A stretch of DNA of 61,095 nucleotides from Paramecium tetraurelia (lineage: Eukaryota): NCBI GenBank assembly GCA_000165425.1, contig CT868033.1, positions 186,001 through 247,095 on the forward strand, read 5' to 3'. Each line of letters opens with the position of its first letter. The stretch's first letter is position 1. The translations under genes and the position numbers were made by a program. Shown piece by piece: positions 28,301-40,149 of this stretch. The notes beneath the pieces were generated by a model. The model was not told the origin of the DNA. It ran no database searches and was given only the letters and a program-made list of their open reading frames with translations.

Positions 28301-30417
28301 TCCTATTGCTCCATCCAAAGTATAATTATGTATCACTGATGGTACAAATTGTGTTGATATTGGAAAGGCCTGTTCATTCTTTAGAGGAGATGATGCTAAG
28401 TGCTCCTCCTTCACAGCTAATGATGGTCCATGCAAAGCAAGTTCAGTTTCAGCATCTGCTGTTGCTTGTACTCCTAGAGTTTGCTATGAAGCTCCAAATA
28501 CATATACAACAGATGATTAATGTTCCAAGTATCACCCATCATGTAAAACAACTGGCAGAGGATGTAAGAGCTCTGTTGGATGTGGGGAATTAACTTCTTA
28601 AGCTTCATGCACAGCAAATACATCATGTCAATGGGCAGGATAATGCAGAACTTTAACAACTACATGTGGTGCATTGACTACCTAAGGTCAAACTATTTGT
28701 ACGAATACACCATTATCAAATGGAAAGAAATGTGCTTGGTACAATGGTCCTTCTTCCAATGTTTGTAGAGATTTCACATGTGCAGATTATGATGGATCTA
28801 TTGCAACTCACAAAGATTGCTAGGACAAAGATACCACATGCACTACTACAGGGGCTGGTTGTATAACCTTAGGAGTATGCTCATCTTATAGATCTAAATC
28901 TATCTGTGAAGCTGCAAATACAACTGAAACTTCGGTAAGATGTACATGGAATTCTACAACTGCAGCTTGTAGATAAAGGTCTTGTGCAGATGGAGTGTTT
29001 ACCACTGATGAAGCTTGCAACACATGGCTTACTGGATGTAAAACTTCAGGAACAGCTTGTGTAGGACCAAACTTTGGATGTGATGTGTTTACAGGAAATC
29101 CTAAACTCTGTTTGAAGAATAGTGCTGGAAACCCATGTTTATATGTTAATGGAATTTGCTATGATTATGACAATTGCACAGATGTTAGTTCTTCAACTTA
29201 CTCATTCTGCTAATCCTTCTCTAAATAATGTGTTCCAACAAATACTACTTGCAGAGCCATAACTCAATGCGATAAATATGAATATATTAACTCATGCACA
29301 ATTGGTGTTAATAATACTGTATGTGGATGGTTACCTGAAGGTAAATGCAAAGAATACACAGTGTGCAGTGATGCTACTGGTACTGACTTATCAGCTTGTA
29401 CCAGTTGGGGTTCTACCTGTGTTTCAGATGGAACCAAATGCGTCGATAAAGGAACTTGTGCTTCATATTTAACCACTTAAGCTTGTGATAATGCAGGTAC
29501 TGATGGATCTTGTTAATGGACTGGAACTGCTTGCAGATTGAGAGAATGTACAGATAAAGTTGCTACAACTGATGCTGAATGTTTAGCTTATACTGTTAAG
29601 AGTGGAGTCTGTACAACTGATGGAGCTAAATGTGTTCCTAGAGCTACATGTTCTTCTTATTTAACTGAAGCAGCTTGCACAATTGGATAAGATGGAATTC
29701 CATGTGTTTATGATTTACCAGTTGGTGCTACTACAGGAACTAAATCATGTAGACCTAAGGAATGCACTGATATCAAAGGAACTACTAATGATGCTTGTGT
29801 ATCAATGATTCCAAATAAGGCTTGTGTTTCTAATGGAGTTAATTGTGTTAAATAAGATACATGTGCCAATTATAAGAATAAATTATCATGCAAAGCAGGA
29901 GGTTCAGATGGAAAATGCGCATTTACTCCAGCACCAACTGTTGCAGATCCAAATAATGGAACATGTGTATCATTCAAATCATGTGAAAATGCCAATAGTG
30001 ATTAAGATGCTTGCAACAGTAAACCAAAAGCTTGCAAATGGTAATCAACTACAACTGGAACTACCACTACTACTAAATGTTCACCAATGGATTGCCCAGG
30101 AGTTGCTTCTGGTACAACTTGCAACCCATTCCAAAGTTTCGATGGAACTTCAAGCACCATTTTGTGTTTTGGTCAATAATGTATGTTCAGTTAGCGATCC
30201 ATCAACCCTTACAGCAGAATAATGCTATAAACCAACAACTGTTTACACATACACTTGGAATGAATCCACTAATAAATGTGTTTCATGCAAAGCTCCAACT
30301 AATAATAACAATAACTCAACCAATCCAAACACTACAGACCCAGGTACTAATACTGACGATAATGGATACATCTTAGGTGTTACAATTCCATTGGCTATAT
30401 TGGGAATCTTTGTTTGA
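22370..30417 (+). CDS. Paramecium surface antigen, copy 2 (paralog of 9109-17124); ~2679 aa once eight +1 insertions are removed (sequencing errors or recent pseudogenisation)
   Basis: MQIKYLLLISLLLTITQQ... to GYILGVTIPLAILGIFV-TGA, collinear with copy 1. Extra bases near 23413, 23531, 23818, 24197, 24736, 25037, 25062 and 30161. (8048-8)/3 is an integer, and the frames of the ORF-track fragments step as predicted. Confidence 0.9.
26140..26880 (+). repeat. Central imperfect tandem repeats in antigen copy 2
   Basis: Same ~40-aa unit as 12870-13600, with more substitutions relative to copy 1 than the gene ends show. Confidence 0.75.
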
Positions 30418-30597
30418 TTTTGATTTAAAATTTATATAGGGAAAATTACATATATTAATAAAAAAATTCATTTCTTACAATCAATTTTGATAGAAATCAT
30501 TATTCTTTCAATCTTTTCAGTTTGTTCATTTACAGATTAAAATATGCTATCACTCTACAATATTTTGTTCTATTATTCTCTCATCCTATTAAATTTA

Positions 30598-30849
30598 NNN
30601 NNNNNNNNNNNNNNNNNNNNNNNNNNNNNNNNNNNNNNNNNNNNNNNNNNNNNNNNNNNNNNNNNNNNNNNNNNNNNNNNNNNNNNNNNNNNNNNNNNNN
30701 NNNNNNNNNNNNNNNNNNNNNNNNNNNNNNNNNNNNNNNNNNNNNNNNNNNNNNNNNNNNNNNNNNNNNNNNNNNNNNNNNNNNNNNNNNNNNNNNNNNN
30801 NNNNNNNNNNNNNNNNNNNNNNNNNNNNNNNNNNNNNNNNNNNNNNNNN
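30598..30849. other. Assembly gap
   Basis: Run of N. Confidence 1.
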
Positions 30850-30999
30850 AGTACTTTATTATATTTAAAAAGCAATAAGTTATTTGTTTAATGTTTTTTT
30901 TTAGTATATATATTTTTTAATTTGCATAAATTGCTTCTTGCTTTTTCAATTAATTGAACAAAGACCTACAATTCTTTATGATTTCCATCTTATAAGCAA

Positions 31000-33900
31000 T
31001 ATTGAGCTGAATCTATGTATTACGGACAATCTTAACATGATATTATTTGTTGCGATTCATTAATTGCTAAGATCTGCAACTAAAGAGGAAGCTTTTAAAG
31101 AGATTTTTAAAAGAAACTAAATAGCGAAGGTATTGGCTTTGCTGATGGAACCACATAATATTCATAAAACAATAGATCCTAATCATTCTTTATTAAAGAA
31201 ATAAAAAGAGAAATATTAATCAAATCTTAAATAAGATGATTTAGGCAATAAATTGCTTAAATTTCAAAGGTACCTGAAGTGTTAGAGCAAATAAATAAGA
31301 AGTTTATTATGTTAATTAAGTTGAGTAGTGCTAATTAAGTGCAAACTTCGCGGTTGTAATTCCTAAACTACACACAAGTAAGTATGTATGTTAATAAGAT
31401 AGTTTAAGGAATTTATCTGCTAGTTTTATAGCAGAATTGAATAAATTTGGAAGATTAAAGAGATACTGTAAAGAAATAAACTATTAAGATTCAATAATTA
31501 TAATGAAAGTTTGGTGAGACGTAGTTTAAATAAATTCAACATACCTTGAGTTAATTGAAAATACTAGGATGATATTAAGAGAAACTAAGACTAATAAGAA
31601 GATTAAGAAAATATGGAAGAATAACCAGTCTAATAAATAGCTAAGTTAGATTGCAAGGAACTGTTGGCATTTGTTCTTAAATTTGCCAGCTTGAGAAATA
31701 GTAGTTGAAAGACAGCTTCACTGATTTCTGTGATAAATATTGGGAGAGAAACTCAATTGAAGTACATGATGGAGTCATAACCAATAAATTTGCGAAGTTT
31801 CAGCAACATGTGCTAAGCTATAACTTGTGATTTATGATTCATATAAGAAATGTTCTCTTAACTTATCTTTGCAGAAAAAGTGGTTTACATAGTGAATTAA
31901 AAAAGAGGAATAATTATAGAAATTTTATTAATTACAGAAACTCTGAACGAAGAATCTATTAATTTATAATAGATAAGAGATGTAGCAATACATTAGAAAT
32001 CTAATGGGCGATTAGAAGATGCCATGAGGGATTCAATCAGTTCAACAGTTATAATCCGAATTATAGCAATAGACAATGTTTAAACAACTAATAGGGAGGC
32101 TCTAGGTAATTTATTGGGTTGAGGAGCAATTATGGAATCAAAACTATAGCCAGATTTATTTAGAGGGAAAAACAGACAAATCCCTCATAGTTTCGTTCTT
32201 TATGGATAGAGAAGATGAATGATGAAGCTTAAGGCTGAGTACTAACAGAGTGTAAACCATATTTAAGGGTAAGTCTAAATAGGTGAACTAGACCTTGACT
32301 AAAGGGATACCAGCAGCAAGACAGAATAAATCGTTTCCCAAAAGTCACCACAACACAACTAAACTAACTCACAGAATAACAAATTCAAATGTTGGCTCAA
32401 TATAAAAGGCACCAGTTATTTGGCAAAAGAAAACTAACCACTTATTATCTATCTAGAAGAGGCAAGGTAAAAATTTATATAAAAGTTTCCTCAATATACT
32501 TTTTTGTTCAAAAAGAAGGTTAAACATAAGAGGTGTTGCAATTGGAATACACTCATACTTTGATTTCACTTATATTTCAGATAGGTTAATTCCCAAAAAT
32601 CCTACAGATTATGACTATATTGCTATAAATTGTAGAAACCAATGCTTGGATTTGATCATTTGAATTTTCTACATTTCAAACAAACAAATTCGTAAAAGAA
32701 TAAAACTTATTCATGGATACAAAGTTTAATTTTCAAGAAAATAGAAAGTCAAAGAATTGTTGTATATAGAATTTTAATCATAATAGTTTATAGTTCGATT
32801 AGTTAACTAACATTCTAGATTAATCAGACCTCACTTTTGTTGAGAATAATAGTATCCTCTCTTTAGACTTCATTTGTTGTTCAGGTTAAGCATGATTTGA
32901 AAAAGTCTTATTTTCACTAAATTTTCAAGTCATGCAAAATTAGCAGTGACCTAAATCGATAAGGAGTAAGCAGAACACAGGATAGGCCTCAAAAGGTGAA
33001 TGCTTATAATCTCAATTAAGAGGCAGCATTTAAGTGTAATGATTTCTAAACCTGATAAAATTGTATTAGATGTGACATAAGAAAGAGACTTATGATTAAA
33101 AAGATTCATCTTATCTTACCAAATCAAGCTAAAGGAAAACATAACTATTGAAGAATAATTTATGAAATTGCTACAATATTTAATCAGTCAAATCCCAAGA
33201 AGGCTTTCTGATAAATAAAAGAATGGCAACTCTAACCCTCAAAGAAGGATGGTTGGTATCTCAGACACTTTTATAAGAAAAAACTCTAAAATAATAAAAC
33301 ATCTATGGAAGTGCAACGTCCTTAAATAAATAAATATATTAGTAATGCCCAAATAGTTTCATTAAGTAAGGAATATCCAGAGATTCATTAAATAGCTATT
33401 CAGGCCTATCACAATACTAAGCCCATTATTCAACTTTTTTTAGATTTAAGATTCTTAAATAAGATTTAAGGATTTTGCGAGCATTATCTTAATTAAGAGT
33501 AAAATGGCATCATTTCTAAAAGAGGAAATCAGTAACAATGGGGAAATTGGTAACATTCTTAGATGATATAAATAAGCAAGAGAGGAAATGCGTGATCTTT
33601 ATTGATTTCTCAAATGCATATTGCACCATCATTAGAATTAAGTTATTCTTAGTTATGGAAGAAAAAGAAGTGTTAAAATTGAATAAATTGACATTTCTTA
33701 AAGGACTATGTTCTTTACTTCATTATCAAGACCCTCTCAAAGAATAAGAGAAATGGTGGTTTAAATGGAGTTTTTTATTGATCCACATTATCACTATTGC
33801 TATTCAACATTTATTTGGATGCCTTTTTATAAGATATCTCCTCAAATATGAATTAAGAGCTGAATGTTGAAGCTTATGCAGAGAGGAGTTGATCACTTTT

Positions 33901-34400
33901 ATTGTAGACTACAAAGATGCAGAACACTTTACTTGTTTATTAGATGAAATTAGTAGAATATGGAACTAATATTAAATAAAGCAAAATCAAGAGTATTTCT
34001 AATTGGAAAATCTAAATGAAATGCAGAAAATATATATGGTACTTAAGTACTCTAAAGTATAACTATCTTAAAGAACGATCTAACAAAAATACAAAAAAGG
34101 ATTTGAAGGCCATAATCAAATTACCAAAATCGACACCAAATCGCATTATTAATATTTAATCAGAATTAACAACAAAAGTAAGGTTCCTAAAACCTCAATG
34201 AAATACACTACTAACAAGATAAAATTTGCAAAACTTAACTGTATTATATGAAAGATTAACATATAATTGAATAGGATTTTGGACTTAAATTTACAGAATT
34301 TCTAGAATTCATTTAGGGGAAAAGAAGAAAAATATAGTTATCAGATTGAAGAAAAAATAGAAGAACTGATAACTGAGATCAATCTGAATAAAAGAGAATG
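31000..34400 (+). mobile_element. Degenerate non-LTR (LINE-like) retrotransposon: reverse transcriptase remnant, probable upstream APE-type endonuclease remnant and ORF1-like region; boundaries approximate
   Basis: RT motifs in the correct order: FRPITILSPL (~33399), CVIFIDFSNAYCTIIRIKLF (~33589), NGVFY*STLSLLLFNIYLD (~33764, decayed GVPQGSxLSPLLFNIY), AYAE (~33872, decayed YADD), LILNKAKS (~33965). Weak endonuclease hints at 32530 (RGVAIG) and 32860 (SLDFIC). Many frameshifts. Confidence 0.75.
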
Positions 34401-34876
34401 AATAATTTATTGCTGTTTAGTTTCTTAAAATGACATTCTAATAATATTAATAATAATAATCAATCATTTCTTCTTGTACCCTCACGAATTCTTAAAGCAT
34501 GATAGGCATTTCAATTAATTAATTTGATTTATGAGAAAATGCAGAGAATATTTGTATACGAAATATAAAAAAATGCACAAAAATTCTAGAATATATATTA
34601 TTTCTAAGAAGAATTATTTAAAAAATTTTATTTCAAACTTACTTTAAATAGGCTTGGTTCAATTGTTAATTGGCTATTGCTATCGTAAAATAAGCAGGCA
34701 TTTTCTATTTTAGGCCAGCGAATATTAAATTAATATTAGAAGCTAGGGATTTTAGATTTGATAAAAAATGTCATTAATTGATTGTAGTCATCAAAGAATC
34801 AATTTTTGATGAATTTTTAATTATTTTAGATTGAAAGAAAAGTAAACAGAAGAATGTAAATTAAGCTAATATGAAA

Positions 34877-35926
34877 TCAAACATGAATTAAATCATTCTT
34901 TTATCTAACTTAAAATTCTTAATTCTAAAAGTCCCAAGTAATAAAATATTCTTCATCTGAACTCAAAGCTGCGAAATTCCAATTAGTGCTAAATGGGATA
35001 ATCTATTATATCTTAAACTCTTAAGTTTCATCCATTTTTAAGAAATACATTCTATATTTATGTCGAACAATAAGCAAGCGAGATATATTTGAGTAAATTG
35101 ATTCAAAATAATGAAAGTCATAATTTCCCTGTCCTAATATTATTTTATTCTTCAATTCAAAAAGTAAATTTCGTGGATTCATTTAAAACACATATAACTA
35201 CCCATCACTAGTAGGTTACCATGTTAACTTATCATGATCAATAAAACAGATTTTAGTTCCATAATCTTCATTCCTAATATTCTAAAACTTTTTCCATTGT
35301 ACTTCATTATTTATGATTGCTCTTTATTGTCTCCAAAACGTTATAGTTTTATTTTCAGAGCATGAAGCTAATATGTCTGAAGTAGAGTTCTCAACAATAC
35401 TATAAATTTCCCCAGTCATAGATTTCAATGTCTCTTAACATATCCAACCATTATTTTGACCCTAGGCTACCCAAATCTTGATTGTTCCATCTTCACTTGA
35501 TGATATGATTGAATCATCCTTCTTACTTATTATGATTGCACTCACCCTCCCTTTATGTCCAACCAATTAGGTGCAAAATTTCCAAGTATTTTTCTGTAAT
35601 TCCCAAACCAGCATTGTTTCATCACTTCCGCCAGCAACAAGAAAATTTGATTATATACCAAATTTAATTATTTTCACCAGCGATTTCCCTTTTAAAAATT
35701 ATGGATTCGTAACATAGCCATTATTGAACTCCCATATCTTTACATCATGTTTCGATGCAGCTGCTAATAAATTGCCCTTATTATTAAATGCTAATGCTCC
35801 TCCCCATTTTCTCTATTTTTATTTTGAAATTAATTAGTAATTTAAGCTGCTCCCTTCAATAATTTCTTCAACTTAGGTCACGTTTGTATTTTCCAACTAT
35901 TCCTATAGATTTAAATCTTAATCCAT
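34877..35926 (-). CDS. WD40-repeat protein, 349 aa, intronless
   Basis: MDQDLNLQEQ...LAFNNKGNLLAAASKHDVKIWE...FLVAGGSDETMLVWE...GHKGRVSAIIISKKDDSIISSSEDGTIKIWV...FITWDF...LIHV-TGA; 1050 nt open in the ciliate code. Confidence 0.88.
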
Positions 35927-36639
35927 GAAAAAAAATAATTATTAATAATATTGTTTTCCTTTTAAATTAAATACAGTCTCATTATAATACATATGTCATC
36001 ATAGATTCTCGATTTTAACAAACATTTATATTAGTTTCAAACATTTAGAACTCTTCTCTTTCATAGCTTGAAGCTCCATTCTTTTTAAAAGATACATTAA
36101 TGATTCATTTATAAAGCTAATTATTTAGGTAACATCCTTGGTGCAAAAATATTTATTGATAGCACCTATTAGCTGAATTCAAGATTATTGAATTTGTGCC
36201 TTATAGATAAGCCAGTTTAAAACAACAATAACGGATAAATAATAAATTCTGATTGCTAATTATTCAATAAAAATAACATATATTACTTAAATATAACATA
36301 TTCATGCTTTATTTTCCTTTGCAGATAATAACTTTTTCAAATTTTTCAGTTTTATTAGTTCAAAATTTCCATTACTAAATCTCATAGCGAAAGGCCTACA
36401 AGAGATGGTTTTTTGGAAATGGATAATAGTGAATTGGTTTTTCATATTTTTTAAAGTTTGGGGATCATATATTAAAATTGAGCCAAGATAGAATTGTTTT
36501 CCATGTGATGAAAATTATAATTTTTAATTTAAGACTAATCTAAAGTATATGTTATTTTATTAGTTTTAGAATCCATTATTTCTAAACTATTTCTATAAAT
36601 TTTGCAACAAAATTAGTTACAAATTGTTTCTATTATCAA

Positions 36640-37680
36640 AACCACCTTCACTACCCTCTTCTATAACTCCTGTTTATTTATAATCAGAAATTTTTCCTTC
36701 AATTATGTATCCTGATTTATTAAGAATTTATAAAAGCAAAAGCAAGTGCTTCAAATGGTGTTGTCTAATTAATCTGTGTATAATCCTTTTTTGATCTGAA
36801 ATATCCCATGACCTAAGATTATGAATCATTCCCAATGTAAGTAAAAAATTTCCATTTTTAGAAAATTTGAGTATAGAAGAAAGATCTTATTTTTTAAGAT
36901 AATTTCCTTCCACAACCACAATGACTTTTAGATTTTTTTTACGATACATCATATATATCTTTAGGTAGCTTTATTTTAGATGGCGACTAAACTTTTGGCT
37001 TAATTAAATCCTGCTATGAAATTTGATGATGATAAAGGATGACTAGTTGCTTCATCTAAAACAAAACCAAAATCTGAGTTACTTTAATCTTCCCATAATT
37101 TTCCATTTTTCATGTGATACAGATATGAATTCTTCAACTTTCAAAAGGGAAAATCTACAACCTAATATTTGTCTTTCAACTCCTCTATCACCTACAGTTT
37201 TAAGTTCTTATTTATTATAATCAAATTTATCAATTATTTTAAAATATTTATAACTTGATCCATATATAAGTGAATCATTGTTATACATTCCATAAAGCCA
37301 TTGATAAAATCTAATTTTTTTCTAAGGAAAATGAAATTCTATTGATTTTTTCTCTAGTGACCATATGATGATTGATGAATTTTCACCTTCAATAGCTAAT
37401 CTCTGATTAACATGACATATGGAATAGTTGCTGTTTAACTACTTTATAATCCATTAATTTCTTCAATCTTTAATTCAGAATTATTATTTGTTAAAATCAA
37501 TTCAAATGAACAGAAAAAATATTTCTTCAATAATGTTTGGAATTCCTAAACATTATTAGAAATTTTATTATAAATTGTGAAATCAAGATTTGCAGTTATT
37601 TCTACAGTTTTTTGTTGATTATTTTAATAGTTAATTTTTATGGATAAGATCGTTTTCTTTAAAACTTATACATACATTCA
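36640..37680 (-). pseudogene. Probable decayed WD40/beta-propeller gene
   Basis: Fragments RLAIEGENSSIIIWSLEKKSIEFHF (~37400-37330) and SSILKFSKNGNFLLTLGMIHNLRSWDISDQK (~36880-36790) are WD-like. The frame is not continuous. Confidence 0.4.
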
Positions 37681-38260
37681 ACAATTTATTTACAATTTTT
37701 TAGATATTTAAAAGTATTTAATGCAGATAATTTTTTCTTAAGTTATTTCTCTTAATTACCAAGAAAATCTTTTTATATTACTGCAAACCAAAGTTTTCAT
37801 GGTTAATTCTTCTAAATTTATTTTTAATCAAATTAAAATAAGAAATATTTCAATTCATTAGTAATCTATTTGGAAGTAATTATTTATACTAAATTATGCC
37901 CTCAAGTGTTAGTTAAATTTAAGAATGATAGGGATATTCACTTTTAGGTAGTAATTTATCTAAATTTTGAGATTAATCAAAAATGAGAATATTACAATAT
38001 TGAGGAATGGAAATTAAATAGGTTGCAATATAAAAAAAATAAGGATGCAAATTTGTTTTAGATTGATTCTCAAACATGACTCATTGATTGCAATTAACAT
38101 AAACATAGAAAACACTTGTGAAAATGAAATTTTCAATTATATATATAAATTTAAAAACACAGATAATTTTAGTTTTATCATTTTTATTGATGAATTTGTT
38201 TGATAAAATCTTTTTATTATGATTCAGAGATTTTATGTTAATTTTAGATACCTGGGTTCT

Positions 38261-39713
38261 TCAAAATAGAGAAAATGGAATAATAAAAGTTTAAGAGCTT
38301 AGTATAATGATTTACTTTATTAGGGTCAAATTTAAACACGTTTAACAATTTTTTAAGATTAACTTCTTAAAAAATCTCATCTCCAGACTCTAAATGTGTT
38401 TTTATTTCTTATTTAATTGAGTCACTTACTACTGCATCAAAATCATACCTTATAAAATAATTATAATATGTTACAATAGAGCTTTTAGATATTCTATTAC
38501 TTCCTTCTTTGGATTGTGCATTTATTGAAATAGTGGTTAATTCAATTGGTTCCGAGATGGAAAACATTATTATTGTATAGAGTATATCCTTAAGAAATTT
38601 GGTTATCCTTTATGCTGTGGATGTTGATTATTGTTATTGCTATTATTAATATTACTACCATTGCTATTATTAAAATTATTATTATTCTTATTAATAATGG
38701 TAGGAAATCGTTGAGAATTTATGTTCTCTGGATGTTAACCGAAACTTAAAAAAGGATTCATTCCAGGAAGTTTATTAAACTAAAAAATTTGAGATCCTAC
38801 ATTGTTAAGTTCTTGTTCAAACCTCTAAAAAACCTATTAAAATGGAATTCTTTGATCAGGGGAATAAACTAGCATTTGTTCAATAAGTTCGATATACTTT
38901 GAATTCCCTTGTAATTATAACGTTTGTAATTTTATTTGATTCAAAAATTTGATAATTTCAATGACTTAAGAATCAAAAGGTAAACTCCCATATACCATCT
39001 AATACAATATCAAACCAATCTAGATTTATTCATATAATTACTGAATAAATATCAATTTAGCTTTTATGATTTTCAATATTCTTGATAGAATTAAAGCAAT
39101 AGCTTAATTCCAAGTCTTGCTATATTGGGCTTATTTCTGGAGCAGCATATGCAGGCGTTCCAATTTTTTCAAGGGGGGAATCATCATCTTTTAAAAATAT
39201 TTTTGCAATTGCAAAATTTGCTATTTTAAATATTGGCTTTCCGTTTACATATTTAACTTATATGTTTTCAGGTTTGATATTACGATGAATAATAAATTCC
39301 TAATAAAGAACTCTATAACCATTTAGAAATTGAATAAAAAATTCATCTATTTTAAAATCATCGAACTTTTTTTTTTAATCCCATATTTATTGTAAAGTAG
39401 TTTCGCATTTCTCCATAATTATTACAATCAAATTCCTTTCTTTTAGTTTTCTGACGAGATGTACATAAACTAAATTTTAATTATTTCTATTTTTATAGAG
39501 TATTTCATGGATTTAGAATTACATTTCATAATGCATCTATAAGTGCTATTCTTGCATTGGTATTAGCTATAATAGTGTTAAATTATTAATTACTCTAGCA
39601 CAATAAGCAATATAAGAATTCCGAGTTGATTTGCAATCATATAATTTATCAGTAATATTCTCCCCAATAGATATCTGGTACTCATCAATTATCAAAATTT
39701 CACCTATCTGCAT
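38261..39713 (-). CDS. Protein kinase-fold protein, predicted pseudokinase, with Asn-rich low-complexity tail; one 22-nt intron (39020-39041); 3' end could contain a further intron
   Basis: MQIGEILIIDEYQISIG...YCARVI...IIMEKCETTL...IIHRNIKPENI...FKIANFAIAK...GTPAYAAPEI...IDIYS^IGLILYQMVYGSLPF...LIEQMLVYSPDQRI. 1431 nt after splicing, ending in TGA. Confidence 0.85.
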
Positions 39714-40149
39714 TTCTTATATTAATTTACTTATTAATTTAACACTTGAGATAAAGAATTTGGAATTAAACTTAATAGAAAAAGAATGAAATATAAATAT
39801 AAACAGATGGTATGAACCAGAAAAATAGAAATTGTAATAATTATAAATAACTTTGTATCTACATTAATAAATCGTCACAGATAATTACATTTGGGCTCAT
39901 TATTGGGTTTTGATTCTACTTTGGTTATAATAAACAATAATTTCTAATATAATTTGATAGAATATATTATATATTCTATTAGTTTGTATTAAAACATAAT
40001 ATATTTTCATAATCAAATTTAATAGATTTAATAGCTGAGCTCAACAGAACTAAAAATATAACAAGGACTATTAAATCTATTAATCTATTTAAGAAATTAA
40101 AATATCAATATATGGAAATAAGTTAATCAACAACTAGAAGCTTATATTA

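Noticed and set aside
9201..29476. Antisense and alternate-frame ORFs repeated in both antigen copies (e.g. 12507-12737 minus, 25772-26062 minus, 16532-17083 plus)
   Set aside because: They are by-products of the biased GCT/ACT/TGT codon usage and of the duplication; no independent coding signal.
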